Assembly: GCF_009914755.1 (NCBI RefSeq)
Contig: NC_060932.1
Reading direction: 5' to 3' (one strand)
DNA: 64,000 bases
Source: the human T2T-CHM13v2.0 reference genome, Homo sapiens
Shown: positions 48,620 through 63,204 of the stretch, in pieces
Layout: every line of letters begins with the position of its first letter
How positions within the stretch are numbered: position 1 is the stretch's first letter
Notes under the pieces: generated by a model
What the model was told of the DNA's origin: nothing
Databases searched by the model: none
Seen by the model: the letters and a program-made list of their open reading frames with translations, nothing else
Position numbers and translations under genes: made by a program

Positions 48620-50674
48620 CACCAGGACCTACTTGTTTTCCAAAGCAGAAATCTAGATGTTATCTCTCTCCCACCCCACTCATTCACCAGTCATCAAAGA
48701 CTGGCAATTCTTTCTCCTAAATCTTACCATTCTAGCTAGTTTCTCTACTACTCCCTACTCATTTCCAATATTCTAGCTCAGCTTTTGCATCCTTGGCAGG
48801 CCTATCTTAAACTTGATGGTTAAGATTCCTTCCATTGAATGGGCCCAGATGGGCCATTGTTTTCCTCTTTGCTGAATTGCAAGTTTACAAGTCTCTCTCC
48901 TTTATTTAACTGTCTGCTTCTCTGGGCTAGATGCCAAGTCTTATTTTTCTTCTTGGTATTCAACCTTCCCAAAACTTCACTCACACCCTCAACTCCATAG
49001 CAGAAACCTTACCCAGTCCCTGACACTTAGAGAAACTCTGTATGCATTTGGGTAATTAACACATCAATAATATTGTCCAGGTAAATAAGATTTAAACAAT
49101 ACCTAACGTGATACTGTTTAAACCTACAGTTAGATAGTTCTGCCTTACAGAGAGCTTGTCTATAAAATGACTTAAACACATCATTCACACATCATAAACC
49201 TGCCCCTTTTTCATCTTTTTGTTATACTTCATTGTGAAACAGTTAGCCGTAATATCCCCACAGAGAGTATTTCATGCAGGTAACTCAGTTCACTGGGAGA
49301 AGAGAACAGATTTTAACCGTTGCTTATTTTGTATATTTGTAGCTCCAGTTTGCCAAGTCTGAAAAAGTTACCATCATGTTATGTATATGCTGTATATATA
49401 ACATGGAAAATTATCTGTGATCAAGGGAAATAACTAAATAAGGGAGGTTAGGATCCATCCATGTGATGAAATGTGGTTTAGTATTAAAAAGCAAATCCAT
49501 TCCCAGAGATTGACTAGGATGATACTTGTAAAATAATCTCATATGGTTAAATTTAGGGACCTGAAAAAAATTCCACCTAACCATCTCCTCTGTAGCATTT
49601 TCATTTGATTATAATTTGAATATATTTTCATTTACTTTAAGCCTTTTCCTTGGAATTACCTATTCCAAGATTCTTAAATCAGTGGTAAGAGAACTGTTGG
49701 CCAAAATTATGGCATCCCTTGTACAAATGATCTTTTTAAATTATACGACTCTGCTTTAAAAGCAGCTTTATGCAGCCAAGATGTTTTTAGTTTATGATTT
49801 GCAAGAATTGCTTTGTGATTTTTGCCACTGAACCTGGTCTTTTATCTTTTTCCTCTCCCTTGCAGCTCTTTTTTTTTTTTTTTTTTTTTTTTCTATCTTT
49901 GCTGAGGTCATCTGAGAAAGATGGAGAGGCTTATCAGTAATGGCACATTGGTCTTTTTGTTTGCAATTTAAGATTGGAATCTTTCAAAGAAAATGGAAAT
50001 TGGCATGGATCACTCTTATCCCTTAGAATTTCAATTTTCATTAAGTAGATGTTTATGGAGCAGCAGCTTGAACCAGGCACTGAAAGTACATGGGTTCATA
50101 TGTCTATGAAACCATGTCTTACGGAGAAGACATTAAACCCTATTAACAATTCCTAATCTGTGTGATGAATGCTGTAAGGGTAAGCACAGAAGGCTCTGGA
50201 AGCACTAAATCAATGTCTGATTCCACAATGAACGGGGCAGCCTCCTTTCTGGGTAGGTGACACTTAGTGTTTAAAAGAAGAATGGGAATTAGCCAGGGAA
50301 CAGGAGGAAGTCATACGTTAGACAAGCTGGAAAGGACCTTCTAAGGAGGAAGGAGTTTGTGAAATTGCAAGAAATTCTCTATTCCTTATAAGGAGAGTGA
50401 AAGGAAGGAAATAATAACAGATGAGACTGGTGAAAAAGGATGATACAACTATAAGCATTTACAATTTTCCATCTCTGATTTTCTACGAAATGTGGATTTC
50501 AGAGATAACAGTCCTTCTTTTTACAGTGGGGTGAAAGATAGAGATGGAAAATGAAAGCAGCTGAAGATTACCTTATACGCTAAAAAAGATGGATAGACCC
50601 ATTGGGAGAACAAAGGATTTGGGAGATAGAGCCTTCCACAGTCAGGATGAAGAAATAAGCAGGTGGAAAAGTTG

Positions 50675-50902
50675 AGGAGGTGGTGGAGATAGAGGGAAAG
50701 AGAGAGACAAAGAGAGATGGAAAAACACACACACATACAAACACACACATAAGACAGAAATAGTGAGAGACACATGATAGAGAGGTAGGGACACCTAGAG
50801 AGAAAACAAACAGATAGGCAGTGAGGGAACAAACAGAGACAGAGATCGAGACATTCGTTGAAAGACAGACATTAAACAAGGAGACAGAGAACAGGAAAGG
50901 CA
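50675..50902. repeat. Degenerate GA/CA-rich low-complexity tract
   Basis: gagatagagggaaagagagagacaaagagagatgg...acacacacacatacaaacacacac...agagacagagatcgagac. Confidence 0.8.
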
Positions 50903-51419
50903 GCAACTACTACAGACATGAGAACTTTAAGGAAAGGGAGTTGCTCTTATTGAGGTTTTTAAGATTTCTTGTGTATTGTGTTACATAATGCCCTTCGTTT
51001 TTCCACAAAGAGTTTAGTAGAACTACCCTGCTTATCAATGTTTTTTGACTTAGAGTTTTTCTTCTGGATGTATTACCATGGTCAGCCTGGCTCCATAGAT
51101 GCCCAGTTATGTACTATAGTGGTAAGCAGTGATGAGATTAGGGAAGGCCTGTGTGCCCCATTAGGGTTTGAGGTTCCTTAGAGACCAGCTTATTGTAGTT
51201 AGAAGGTGAGATTTCTCTGTTTTGACCCCACAATTTATGCATAAAAAGCTCTGGGGAATCTGGTTGCATCTCAAGAAAAGCAGCTTGGGCATCACCTGGC
51301 CTGGGAAGTCTTTCCAATCCTTGCAGACCTGGTTGGTGCCCTACTTCTGTGTTCCCACAGTACTCTGACTCACCCTGTTTACCACAGGTAGAACATGGGG
51401 GAACTCTATTCACATGGGG

Positions 51420-53146
51420 TGTAGCCTTGTAGTATAGTTTGAAGTTGTAATGTGATGCCTCCAGGTTTGTTGTCTTTGCTTAGGATTGCCTTGGCTATTC
51501 GAGCTCTTTTTCGGTTCCATATGAATTTTAAAATAGGGTTTTCTGCCGAAAGCAATAGCAACAAAAGCAAAAATTGACAAATGGGATCTAATTAAACTAA
51601 AGAGCTTCTGCACAGCAAAAGAAACTGTCATCAGAGTGAACAGACAGCCTGCAGAGGAAGAGAAATTTTTTTCCATCTATCTATCTGACAAAGGTCTAAT
51701 ACTTAAAGGTCTGGATATAAGACTCTAATATCCAGAGTCTACAAGTAACTTAAACAAATTTACAAGAAAAACAACATTAAAAAGTGGGCAAAGGACATGA
51801 AGAGACACTTCTCAAAAGAAGACATTCATGCGGTCAACAAACATATGGAAAAAAGCTCAACATCACTGATTTAGAGAAATGCAAATCAAAACCACAATGA
51901 AACACCATCTCATGCCAGTCGGAATGGCGATTACTAAAAAGTCAAGAAACAACAGATGCTGGCTAGGTTGTGGAGAAAAATGAACGCTTTTATACTGTTG
52001 GTGAGAATGTAAATTAATTTAACCATTGTGGAAGACTGTGGTGATTCCTCAAAGACCTACAGGCAGAAATAACATTTGACCCAGGATTCCCATTACTGGG
52101 TATATATCCACAGGAATATAAATCATTCTATTATAAAGATACATGCACGCATATGTTCATTGCAGCACTATTCACAATAGCAAAGACAGGAAATCAACCC
52201 AGATGCCCAACAGTGATAGGCTGGATAAATAAAATGTGGTACATATACAACATGGAATACTATGCAGCCATAAAAAGGACTGAGATCATGTCCTTTGCAG
52301 GGAGATGGATGCAGTTGGAAGCCATTATCTTCAGCAAACTCACAAAGGAACAGAAAACCAAACACTGCATGTTCTCACTTATAAGTGGGAGCTGAACAAT
52401 GAGAACACGTGGACACATCAGAGGAAACAACACACACTGGGGCCTCTCAGGTTGAGCAGAGGGAGGGAGAGCATTGGGAAGAATAGCTAGTGGATGCTGG
52501 GCTTAATATCTGGGTGATGGGTTGATCTGTGCAGCAAACCACCATGGCACACATTTACCTATGTAACAAAACTGCACATCCTGCACATGTACCCTAGAAC
52601 TTAAAAGTTGAAGAAAAGATAAAATAAAATAGGTTTTTCAAATTCTGTGAAGAATGTCATTGGTAGTTTCATAGGAATAGGCTGTACATTCCTTTGGGCA
52701 GTTTGGCCATTTCAACAATATTGATTCTTCCTATCCATGAACATGGAATATTTTTCCATTTGTTTATGTCATCCCTGATTTCTTTGAGCAGTGTTTTGTA
52801 ATTCTCTTTGTGAAGCTATTTCACCTCTCTGGTTAGCTGTATTTCTAAATATTTTATTCTTTTTTGTGGCTATTGTGCATAGTATTGAGTTCTTAATTTG
52901 GTTTTCAGCTTGAATGTTGTTGGTGCATAGGAATGTTACTGATTTTTGTACATTGATTACATTGATTTTGTATCTCAAGACTTCGTTAAAGTTGTTTTTC
53001 AGATCAAAGAGCTTTTGGGAAGAGAACATGGGTTTTTCTAGGTATAGAATCATATTATCTGCAAACAGGGAACGTTTAACTTTATCTCTTTCTAATTGGA
53101 TGCCTTTTATTTCTCTCTTTTGCCTGATTTCTCTGGCCAGGAATTT
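51420..53146 (-). mobile_element. Antisense L1 ORF2 fragment (host), split at 51544/52626 by a sense L1
   Basis: gtagccttgtagtatagtttgaag...ccatatgaattttaaaatag resumes as ...aattctgtgaagaatgtcattggtag. The minus-strand translation includes MILYLEKP, from the RT region. Confidence 0.9.
51545..52625 (+). mobile_element. 5'-truncated L1PA (about PA10-13-like), ~1.1 kb, with a complete 3' UTR
   Basis: It contains the ORF2 C-terminus MFIAALFTIAK...HCMFSLISGS* and a 3' UTR ending gcacatgtaccctagaacttaaaag plus an A-rich tail. The TSD is aaaatagggttttct (51530-51544) / aaaataggtttttca (52626-52640). Confidence 0.93.
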
Positions 53147-54939
53147 CTTCCTTGCTTTTCTAATTCACCAAAGCCAAGTCTTAAAGATTCAGTGGCCTAC
53201 AGGTATCTGCTAATTAATATTATTGTCCCCATATAACCTAGAAGAAACAAGTAGAGGATGTTAAGAGACCTGCTCAATGTGAGGGTAATAGTAAGTGGCA
53301 AAGCCAGGTCTAGATCATAGATCCGCTAATGTTTGTGTCTCCGCTATTTTGACTCTACAATATTACTTCTCACCTGAATGGAGTTCAATTAGAAAAAGGA
53401 TATAGATACCTGACCAAACACAGTCTGCATACTTAAGCTGTCTCTAGATTACAAGGAGATCAAGTGAAAATTGTACCTGGTTTGATCCAACTTAAAGCTT
53501 TTTTTTTTGATAAACTATACCGATTATCTCTCTTGCCAATGGTCACATACCTTGATATCCTTGTTTTCTCCTGCATGTTAGATATAACTTACTATGAATA
53601 GTGAATTACAGTGGAACAAGCCAAGTTGAGAGGTTACAGCATTTGAAATTGGCCTCTCCTACTGTATGTGCATGTTCTGTGCCAGAAACAGACTCATTTA
53701 CAGGAGAGAGGAATAACTTCGACCTGAATTATTATATAACAGACAGTAACTGGTCCAGCAGTCTGGGATGGGTGAAGAAGTTGTCTAATGAGGGAATTGT
53801 TATTTCAATTGGGAAAATAGCCTTGTTATAGGGAGTGTGAGAGCAAATGATAATCTGGAATCCTGGATAAGAGAAATGGGCATCAGGGAGAAAGAGTAGC
53901 AGGAAGCAGAGGCCCTACCCCTTTGCCTACAACAAGGAGAGCACAGTAGAGAACTAAAAAATGCAAGGAAGGTTTTATTTCCAAAGATTTCTGAGTACAT
54001 AAATAGCCTAAGAACTCAGACACTAAATATGCATGAAGAAAGTAATGGCTGGACTAACAAAAATGGTAAAGATATCAAGTCAAAGAATGGTAAATGGAGA
54101 TGCTTAAAGTTAGTATGCCTAAAGTTAAGATTGGTCCTTGCTAATGTGGTTGTCTAAGTGTGCAGACTGGAGTCAAGATGGAAAGAGAGAAGAGGGTTGC
54201 AGAGTCTAAGGAACAGCAAAGGCTTAATACTTCTTTATTGAATAGATAACAGTACTATTTTGGAGCGTCTGACTTAACTGCTGATACAGACATGTACAAA
54301 GAGATGGAGAAGTTGTTCTAAAGGATACTTGATTCAAAACAATATGCTTGCAGCACAAAACCAATAATGCAAAATGTCTGTTAATATATGAAAGACAGGG
54401 GTAATGCTAAGAATATATCATTCAATTAGACTATGCATAAGGAATAAGTAAATATTTTGATTTACTTACATTGCCAAAACAATTTTTTAAAAGTTTGTTT
54501 TTATTGCCTTGATGTTGAATAGAAGACTGTGGAGGGAGACAAAATCACCACAGAATGAAACATTTAAATAATAAGAATAACTGAACTTTTAGGCACAGGT
54601 CTCATTTATTTGGACTGAATGAATCCAAACTCTCCAATTGAAAGCTATTTTAAGAGAGAGCCTGGTGATATAGTCTTCCAAAAAGCCACCACCTTCAGAA
54701 ATAGATTCTGTGTGTTATCCAATAATCAGCTGGCAACATAGGTGTTTATCTAAGATTAATCTAATAGACTTCGTTTGCTTAAAAGCTAATCATTGCTTAG
54801 GAGCCACAGTAACTACGAGTTGAGTGATTACAGTGCACGTGTTGGCAATAATTCCTAAAAGAATTTAAAAGCGTCAAAGTCAAGGACAAGAACTGGTAAT
54901 GATTCTCTGGAGTATGGTTTGAATATTAGTTTTGGTTCC

Positions 54940-54951
54940 CCACCAGGGGGC
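54940..54951 (+). promoter_or_regulatory. Candidate CTCF core motif
   Basis: CCACCAGGGGGC matches the CTCF core CCACYAGRKGGC. The flanks deviate from consensus, and this is a motif match only. Confidence 0.35.
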
Positions 54952-57900
54952 TTCCTGGACCCCTTTAAGGGCAGCAGTCAAATAAAATGCTTTGTCCCAG
55001 CTTATGGACAAAGGAGTGGATGTAACGGACTTTCTTTTGCTCGTGTAATCTACTACAAGACTCATGCTAATGTACCCCTGCATAGCTTTATAGTGTGACT
55101 ACCTAATCTACTCTTCATCATCTTAGTATTGAGAGATGGGAGATTAGACAACAGAAAAAGGAGATTAATACAGACTTTACAAGACATAATGTGGTCACAT
55201 CCCATCTCTTGGCCCAGATTTAAGAGCATTGGGGTTTTAAAGGCCCAGTGGCTTAAAAGCAACTAACCGACCAAACAGAATCCTACCCAAATACTGCATT
55301 ACATTTACCACATGAGGAAATTTAGCATTATAAATAATTCAGCCCAAGTGGCACTTCTCAGTGCAGATGAACTCAGGCCATTTTGCAGCATTAACTCTGA
55401 TGATTTTTGTTCAAACTTATTTTCTAGTACAATCTTGGTTCATCTTTAATGGGCTACTTACATCATCCATTTAAAATAGTTAGGTTCATCCTGCTCTCCC
55501 ACAGAAACAATGCCTATTTCTCAGAATGATAGTTGCAAGGAGAGGTCTAATTTCCCAACATAGATTGATTTGTGTGTGTGTGCAATGAAAAGAATCTATG
55601 TGCTTTTCGAAGTGGCCAGGGTCACAGTGGCTGTAATCTCGTTGATCTAGATTAAAAACAGACTCTTGTCCTGGTATGCTGAGTATGAGTCCCAGTTGTG
55701 TAACAAGTGGTTATTCCACTTTTGTGAGTAGGCACATAAGACTGACCAATATCTCAGGGAAGCAGAAAAAATGAACATAAGATTGTTAAGTGTTTTTGGT
55801 CAAGATAGAATATTATAGTAAAATGATGTATTTTCCCGTCATATGATAATGCATGTGAATTAAACAATACAAATGCTACCTTTAGATTTTAATTAGAATG
55901 ATCATCAGTTACTGAGTAATTTTTGATGAGTCACTCTTTTTCACTAATAGGAAATAAAAACTCCAAAGATAATGGAAGCGTTTCACTGCTACATTTAAAT
56001 ATAGATTTCTGGATTATTGTTGTAATAGGTAACTTATTAGTTGGGTAGTAGGAACTACTTACTGACTTCAGGATTTTCCATGATAATATAGTTATGATAA
56101 AGGGAATTTCAAGGTTTTGCAAATTATAGACTGGTAAAATTCAGATCCCTTAGATATTTTTTAATGGTCTCATTCATCATTTCTCCTTTGTCTGCATAGT
56201 TTATAAAAGTAGAATTCCTAGCTCTAATTCATCTTTGGAATGTTATGTAGATTCCACACCTCTCCCTACTGCCTACCTACACCCTCCCAGCCCCATCCCC
56301 TGCCAGATTTCAGCATTCTGCTCTCTGTTCTTTCCCCTCTTTAAATGAACGAAATTGAACGCCTAGTACCTCCTCCCATAATACTAAGAAGCAGAACAAT
56401 GCTGTCATCTGCTTCATTTTATGGACACCAGTGATTTTCCTGTAGTGGAATAACTCTTGATTAAATATTTTCCATGCTCCTCCACATTTCCTGGTTCTGC
56501 AGCTCTTGTTTCCCTGACTTAAAGCAAAAATATTGCTTGGCTAAGATACCATGCTCTATTTCAAATCAGTTTGCCACTAAAATTTGGTTATTGGAATGTC
56601 CTTTAAAAGGCAAACTACCCATATTTGAATATTACTCACAGGATAAAAAATCAACCAGCCATCTCCTCAGTATGTTCATAAATTTAATAAGTGATTTTTC
56701 AAAGAGCTTTTTATAATTATCCCTCTTTTAGAAATATAACCTCAAAGCTGATTTCTAGTTATGGCTTAATACATTTATCAAAACATAAGTTAATATATAA
56801 AGGCACATTTATATTATCTGCAACATTTACCTTTTCCAGCTAGAGAAACTATGTTGTTTATCAGTTATTGTATTAATAATAGTCATTGGTTAATGTTATT
56901 AGGGAAGTTATACCATTTTCATGACATGTCATAACAAAATAAGCCACAACAGCAACAATAGCACCAGCTCTAACTCTGGTACTACTACTACTATTGGTAA
57001 TTCTGTGTCTACTGGCCCTGTGCGATAAGCCTGACAGCTACACTTATTCCCATTTTAAGGATAAGGAACCTGAAGCTGAGCACATTTCAGTGACTTATTT
57101 TAAGGTCAAAGCACACACCCAAGGTAGAAGCAAGGAAAGAAACCAGTTTTTCTGACTTTCAAGAATACATAGTTGGGTACTGGGTTTTTGTTATGTTAAC
57201 AGCACCTGATATATCGGGGAAGTTTGACTCTTATCAAAGCAAAATAAACATATTTATACAAAAAATATCACATTAAAAACTTTTTTGTCAATCTTGAGAC
57301 TCCAAATTTCATCATTGGTATGACTGTTTTTTCCCTTCCTCCAGAACTTTGTGTTTCTGCTTGGTCCTAAAGCATTGGAGAAGCTTATTCAGATAATCGG
57401 TCAGTAGTCTGCCACAGTTGAACTGCAGTTACAACATTAATCCAGTTTACATTGTAATTTAGTCTGAAGTTCTGCTGTTTCTGTGCTGCACTTGGGCACA
57501 GAAGATTTTTATGACCAGGGAATCTTGGTGCCTGAGATCTTGGCTCCTTACACACCCTACTCAACCATTCCCCCTTTGAAGTCTTGCCACTTTCTTAGGT
57601 TGCTGTTAGAGCATATGCAGGCAATACTTAGGGGACTTATAGATCTCTCTCGTTTTTCAGGTTATGTTTCAGTTTATCAAATACGTAACTTCTCCTTTCT
57701 GCCTGACTTCCTGACCCTCAAAGCATTATTTTCTTTCTTTCTGCCTAAGACTTTGCCAAAGTCGCTGAGGCTGGGGTTGCAGCCTGCTCAAGAAGGAGCG
57801 GATATAAGGAGGACACACACAAGTTATCCTGCCGAGCACGTTACAATGAAAAGGTCATCATTAGTGGCCCTTTTAGTCATTTAAAACATTTACTGAGCCC

Positions 57901-58163
57901 AAAGCTTTCACCTTCTATTCTGGGCTGAAATGCAGAGAAAATTTGGGCTGGTGATATTTGCATATATGCTGTAAGGAGTAGAAGAAAATCATATCCTTCA
58001 ATTCTTGGTAGTAAGTGGAAATAACTGGTGACTCTGAGCAGATTCTGATTAGAACAATAAGATATTAGCTTTGTTTTCAAATTTTAATAAGATTTTAAGT
58101 AAGATTTTTGAAAGCAGAGGAAAGTTTATATACTTGACTGCTATTTCCATTGTCAGTTTATCA

Positions 58164-58544
<381 letters not shown>

Positions 58545-61500
58545 GGCAATGAATGGCTTAATTCCTTTTCTTTATATTCATTTTTTTTCTGTACTCAGGA
58601 AAACTATTCATAGTATAGTAGAAGTATAAATAAAATGTTCACTCTGAATCTGGATAAATTATTTGATCTGCTGTCAAAAGTCCTTTCTTTATTTCATAAT
58701 AAAAAGTGTACATGATTTATTCCAGTTTCAGTTCCCCTATGAACAAATAGCCAATTCTAGTGCTGTGTTCAATATTTTTACTTCAGAACATTGAGTAGGC
58801 ATTGGGTCAGAAGCACCACCTGCTTAGGGAATGATTTGCCCTGCAATGTCTTTGGAAAGAAAGGAGTGTCTTAGTTTAATCCAGTATCATGTGTTGTGTA
58901 TCACAGTATGTGAGAGCTTTAGATCATCGATGGAATTTTGATACTGAGTCTCCCATATACTGCAGTGCTGTGTGGTTGTGGCTGAGTCTTAATGCACCAT
59001 ATGATGTCACTTCCCCATTATAAAAACAAATGAAGAGAGTAGTGATTTATTTTGATACTTTCTTTACTTGCTTCTCAACTCCCCACAAGATCTTTAATAA
59101 AACTGGCTCTTCAGAAACAGATTAAGAAGCCTTGAAAATAGTTATATACGACATCTTTGTGGAAAGTCAGGATACAGAAAAACATGAAAGATGGATGAAT
59201 TTGGCGGTTTGTAACATGTTACCAGAATCTATTTTCATCCCATGTTCACCGTAATATTAGGACCCAGCAATGAATTTTAGGTTAAAGAAAAAGAAGGAAA
59301 CCACAAAAAGAAAAAAGAAAATAATCAGAAAGTAATTGATTTATAAACCTTTATGTTCTGTTTTAAACTCCAAAATCCCCATAAGAGCGAATCAAAGTTC
59401 CAAGAATGACCAATTGTGCTCATTAATAATAAAAAGGCACACTAGAGAAGAAGTTGAGAATATCATACCTATGCTTAGTGATATGATGTTTTGAAAGTGA
59501 GTATACAGTTGGAAAAATACAGTTTCATTAGTCCTCTCAGTGGTTTTTGAATCAGGGAAGAACGCTGAGACCTGATGAGGGTTCATACAAAACTTGGTTG
59601 AATGCAGTTGCAAAATACATCACCTAAACTATAGGTAGGGACTGGTGATGGCCAGTGCTCACTCTTGGAAATATTTTCTTTAGTGTTTGACTAGGAGTTA
59701 TCCAACTGTTTTTATAAGGCACCTCCAATTTGGCTTAGAATAGAGCCAAAAAGTTAAATACTAGCTCAAGCTCCCACAATATCTTGGTTTTCTATGTGGC
59801 AAGACAACAGGATTTTCACTTTGCCACATTGCCCATGGAGCTGTACCACCCTCTTGCCAAGGTTAGAAGGCCCCCTGGGGCAAAAGCAACTGTCCTGTTT
59901 CTGTTTGTGGTTGGACTGAAGATGTTCACATGGCTAATGACCCCTGTGCCCAAAAGAAAAGCAGGTGACATTAAGGTTCATGCAATATTGATGTGTTAAG
60001 AGGGTTTTCACAACTCAGGAAGCTCTCTTAGCTGAGTTGGTTCTCCGAAAATGTTGAGTCCTGTTTTCCGTGGCATGGTGCAGCTGATGTTGTCACTCTG
60101 TGGTCAGGAGCAGGAAAGCTGGTGGGGTGGAGAGAGATTAGTGGTCTGGAAGTATGTAATTGGTATTTCATGGCAACAGGGAGTTGACAGCCCTCAGGGA
60201 CCACAAATGGAGGGGAGGACCAACAGCTCAACTAGATTAAAACAAACTATGATTGAAAAAAAGTAAGAGAGAAATATATTCAAGCAGTTAAGAATTTGAT
60301 AAATTACTCTATAGATGAATTCCATATTGCCTTCCATAAAAGGTAAAGTGTTAAATGAGATAATATATGTAAGGAAGTTAGCCTAGTGCCAGGATGACAG
60401 TGATTAATCAATTGAAAACCTGCCTGCTTTTAGTATTATTCTGTATGGGGAGCAGTTGGGTATAACTTAAGCTTAGCACAAGTATTATTTCATTTAAATT
60501 TTCCCCTTATTTGTACTAGAGAATTTAATCCTTATTTCAGATCTTGTACCTGACACTGTGGGTGGAAAAACTCCACTCATGAATTTGGAGCGGGCAGGCA
60601 CACGGCTACGGCAGTTGCCGTCCAACTGAGTGTGGTTAGTTTGTGTAACTGAAGCCAAGCAAAGCTAAGGCAGTGCTAGTACATGGATCCTTCTGTTAGA
60701 CTAAATAAAGAAGAGTGAACCCATTTTTATGGGGAGGAAAAGAAGAAAAAATTGTTCCTAACAGTAGGGGATGGCTTGAGTCTAGGAACCTCAGGCTGTG
60801 TCTAAATTTTATCAAATATTCAGATGAAGCTGCACAAAAATTTACTCAATCATCCAGATGTTTCCAGAAATACAATATTTTGATTTCATGTAGATGAAAT
60901 CAGGGAAAGATTAGATTTTATTTTTCTGGCATTGTGAGACACAGTCTCAGTATCTTTCTTATTGTCTGGTGTGTCTCCCTACTTAGGACTATGTTGTGGG
61001 GACCAGCACAGCTGCTTTCTGGGGTTGTCAGTCCCCGGCCTGGGCCACTCTTGAATCTATAAAGGGCTGTTTGTTCTGTGTGAAACTCACTCAGGATGGA
61101 GCCCAGTTTGACATTTGGGTCATTGGAATGTGCCAGCTGAATTTAGTATCCTTGTGATTTCAAGTCAAAGGATTAAAATATACAAAGCCATGGAATTTAA
61201 CTTTCCTCCTATCCCTCAGATCTCTCTGAAGGAGATCAACCAACAAGGGTCCTTCTGATGTTCAAAGAAATTAAATAACTTTACATTCACAATGATGCTA
61301 TATCCTGTGTCAAGAACAGGTTAGCAAGACCAGTTCTTCACTCAGGACAAGATCATAAAGAATGAGCAGGATGGGAATGGGTTTAGTACAACATGGGTCA
61401 CAAAGCAGGTATTCCAGATGTTGGCTTTTGAGTGAAAGAGTTGAAATAGTTCAAACACAGATAGTTTTGACATGAAGATCCAGATGATTAAACACAACTT

Positions 61501-63204
61501 TTCAACTTCATTTATCTTATGTAGCAGAGACGTAAATAGAGCATAACCTCAGTCTTCTGAAGGACATAGATTCAAATTCTAAGAAAATTGGATCCACTGT
61601 ATTTCATGAAAAGAATGCCCAAGGAAGTAATAGCATGGCTAACTCCATAGATATAGCACTTGCTGAATTAGCTAGTCTATTTAAAAATCCTATGAGCTGT
61701 CTCTGTTATCCTCACACACAGATCATGGAAGTTGATCTTACCAGGGTAAGATTCTTCTGTGGTAGTCAGTACCTGCCTTGTATTATGACTACACACTTGG
61801 AGTACTCAGTACCTACTGGAAATACTAGTTTCGGACTTTATTGTCACATGATCTCAGACACAGGGCCTACAGTGAGAAGCTGCTGTGTAGCAGTCTACAT
61901 TGGAAGCATATTGGCACCAAGAAATGAGGGGAATATTTTGAGCCCAGGCTCTAACTAGGAAGTGAATCTTCAGGACACCTAGGGCTGAATGTAAACATCT
62001 CTCACGATGGCAGGGAATCTGGCCAGCAGAGAGCATAGCCAGAGAGTAGTCAGCTGAGGGAGAGAGCCAAGAAACAGGAGCACGTATTTTGGAGAGAGCT
62101 TTAGAAGGAAGAAAAGTGCAAAAGCAATCGAGTGATAAAGACTATGCTTAAAATGTACCTAAAGTAAGCCATCAGAATAACCCAATGCCAGAGAAAAGTA
62201 GAGGGGACAAAAAGAAAGTACTGTGGGAAATACAGAAAATCTGCAGACCTAGAAGAAGAATTCAGCTGAGATCAGAACAGATATTATTGTCTTTGTCATT
62301 TCTCTGGCCAGTTCTGCTGTGAGGAATAGTGGAACACTGTTATCACAACCCTACTGGATAGTATTTAGCCTATTGTTAATACTTTGATTTAAGTTTGGGT
62401 ATGGCAAATATAGTTCTCATGTTTATGAATGGGTTCAAACATTTTAAAAATTTCCTATTATTTTTATAACGTCCCAAGTTAAACATTTTGTTAGATATGA
62501 ATGCCTAGACTAGGTAAATTCAGCTTGAATTTTACAGCTAAATACTGATGCCTGGAGTTGACAAAACTAGGTAAGAACCAATCCTTAGAGACTATTGTTT
62601 CCACAAGCAAGTATGTTATCAGAAATTTTTACATTGTGCTATAATTGTGTTTTTATATCTTTTTTCCCCATATACATGAGCTTTGTGGGGCTGATACTGC
62701 AACTTACTCATGTAAATATACCCAACATTAAACATAGGGTATTGTTGGTGCTTCATAAGTTTGTTAAATATTGATGTGTTTGTATGTGTATATGTGTGCA
62801 TCTCTGAATATTAGTGGTGAAAAGAGAGTGTGATCCAAAAAACAAAGTGAATTATACTGGAAACAAATATCCTTGGCTTTTCATCTTGCATGTTGTAATC
62901 CATCAGCCATCGCCTTGCTTCCAGGAACATTATACTAATTGTCATAGGTTGTATATGTCTGACTCATGAGATCATTTAGTGAAAAGTAATAATACTAAAG
63001 AGAAAGAGGCCAGTAAGTCTGAAGATTCAGCCTCATGTATTACTCCATGGAAGCTATTCAGAAATTTCTATAATCGAACCATGTGCTTAAGGTCAGGCCT
63101 TGTCGGTAGATTATAACTAATTGTGGGACTTGATCTATAAGAGAAGTTGACAGATTAACATGTCACTTGGACCAAAAATACTTGTAGTTGTGTGAACTGA
63201 ACTG

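Noticed and set aside
51420-53146. Single twin-primed (5'-inverted) L1
   Set aside because: The sense piece has its own tail and TSD, and the antisense host continues on both sides, so this is a nested insertion.
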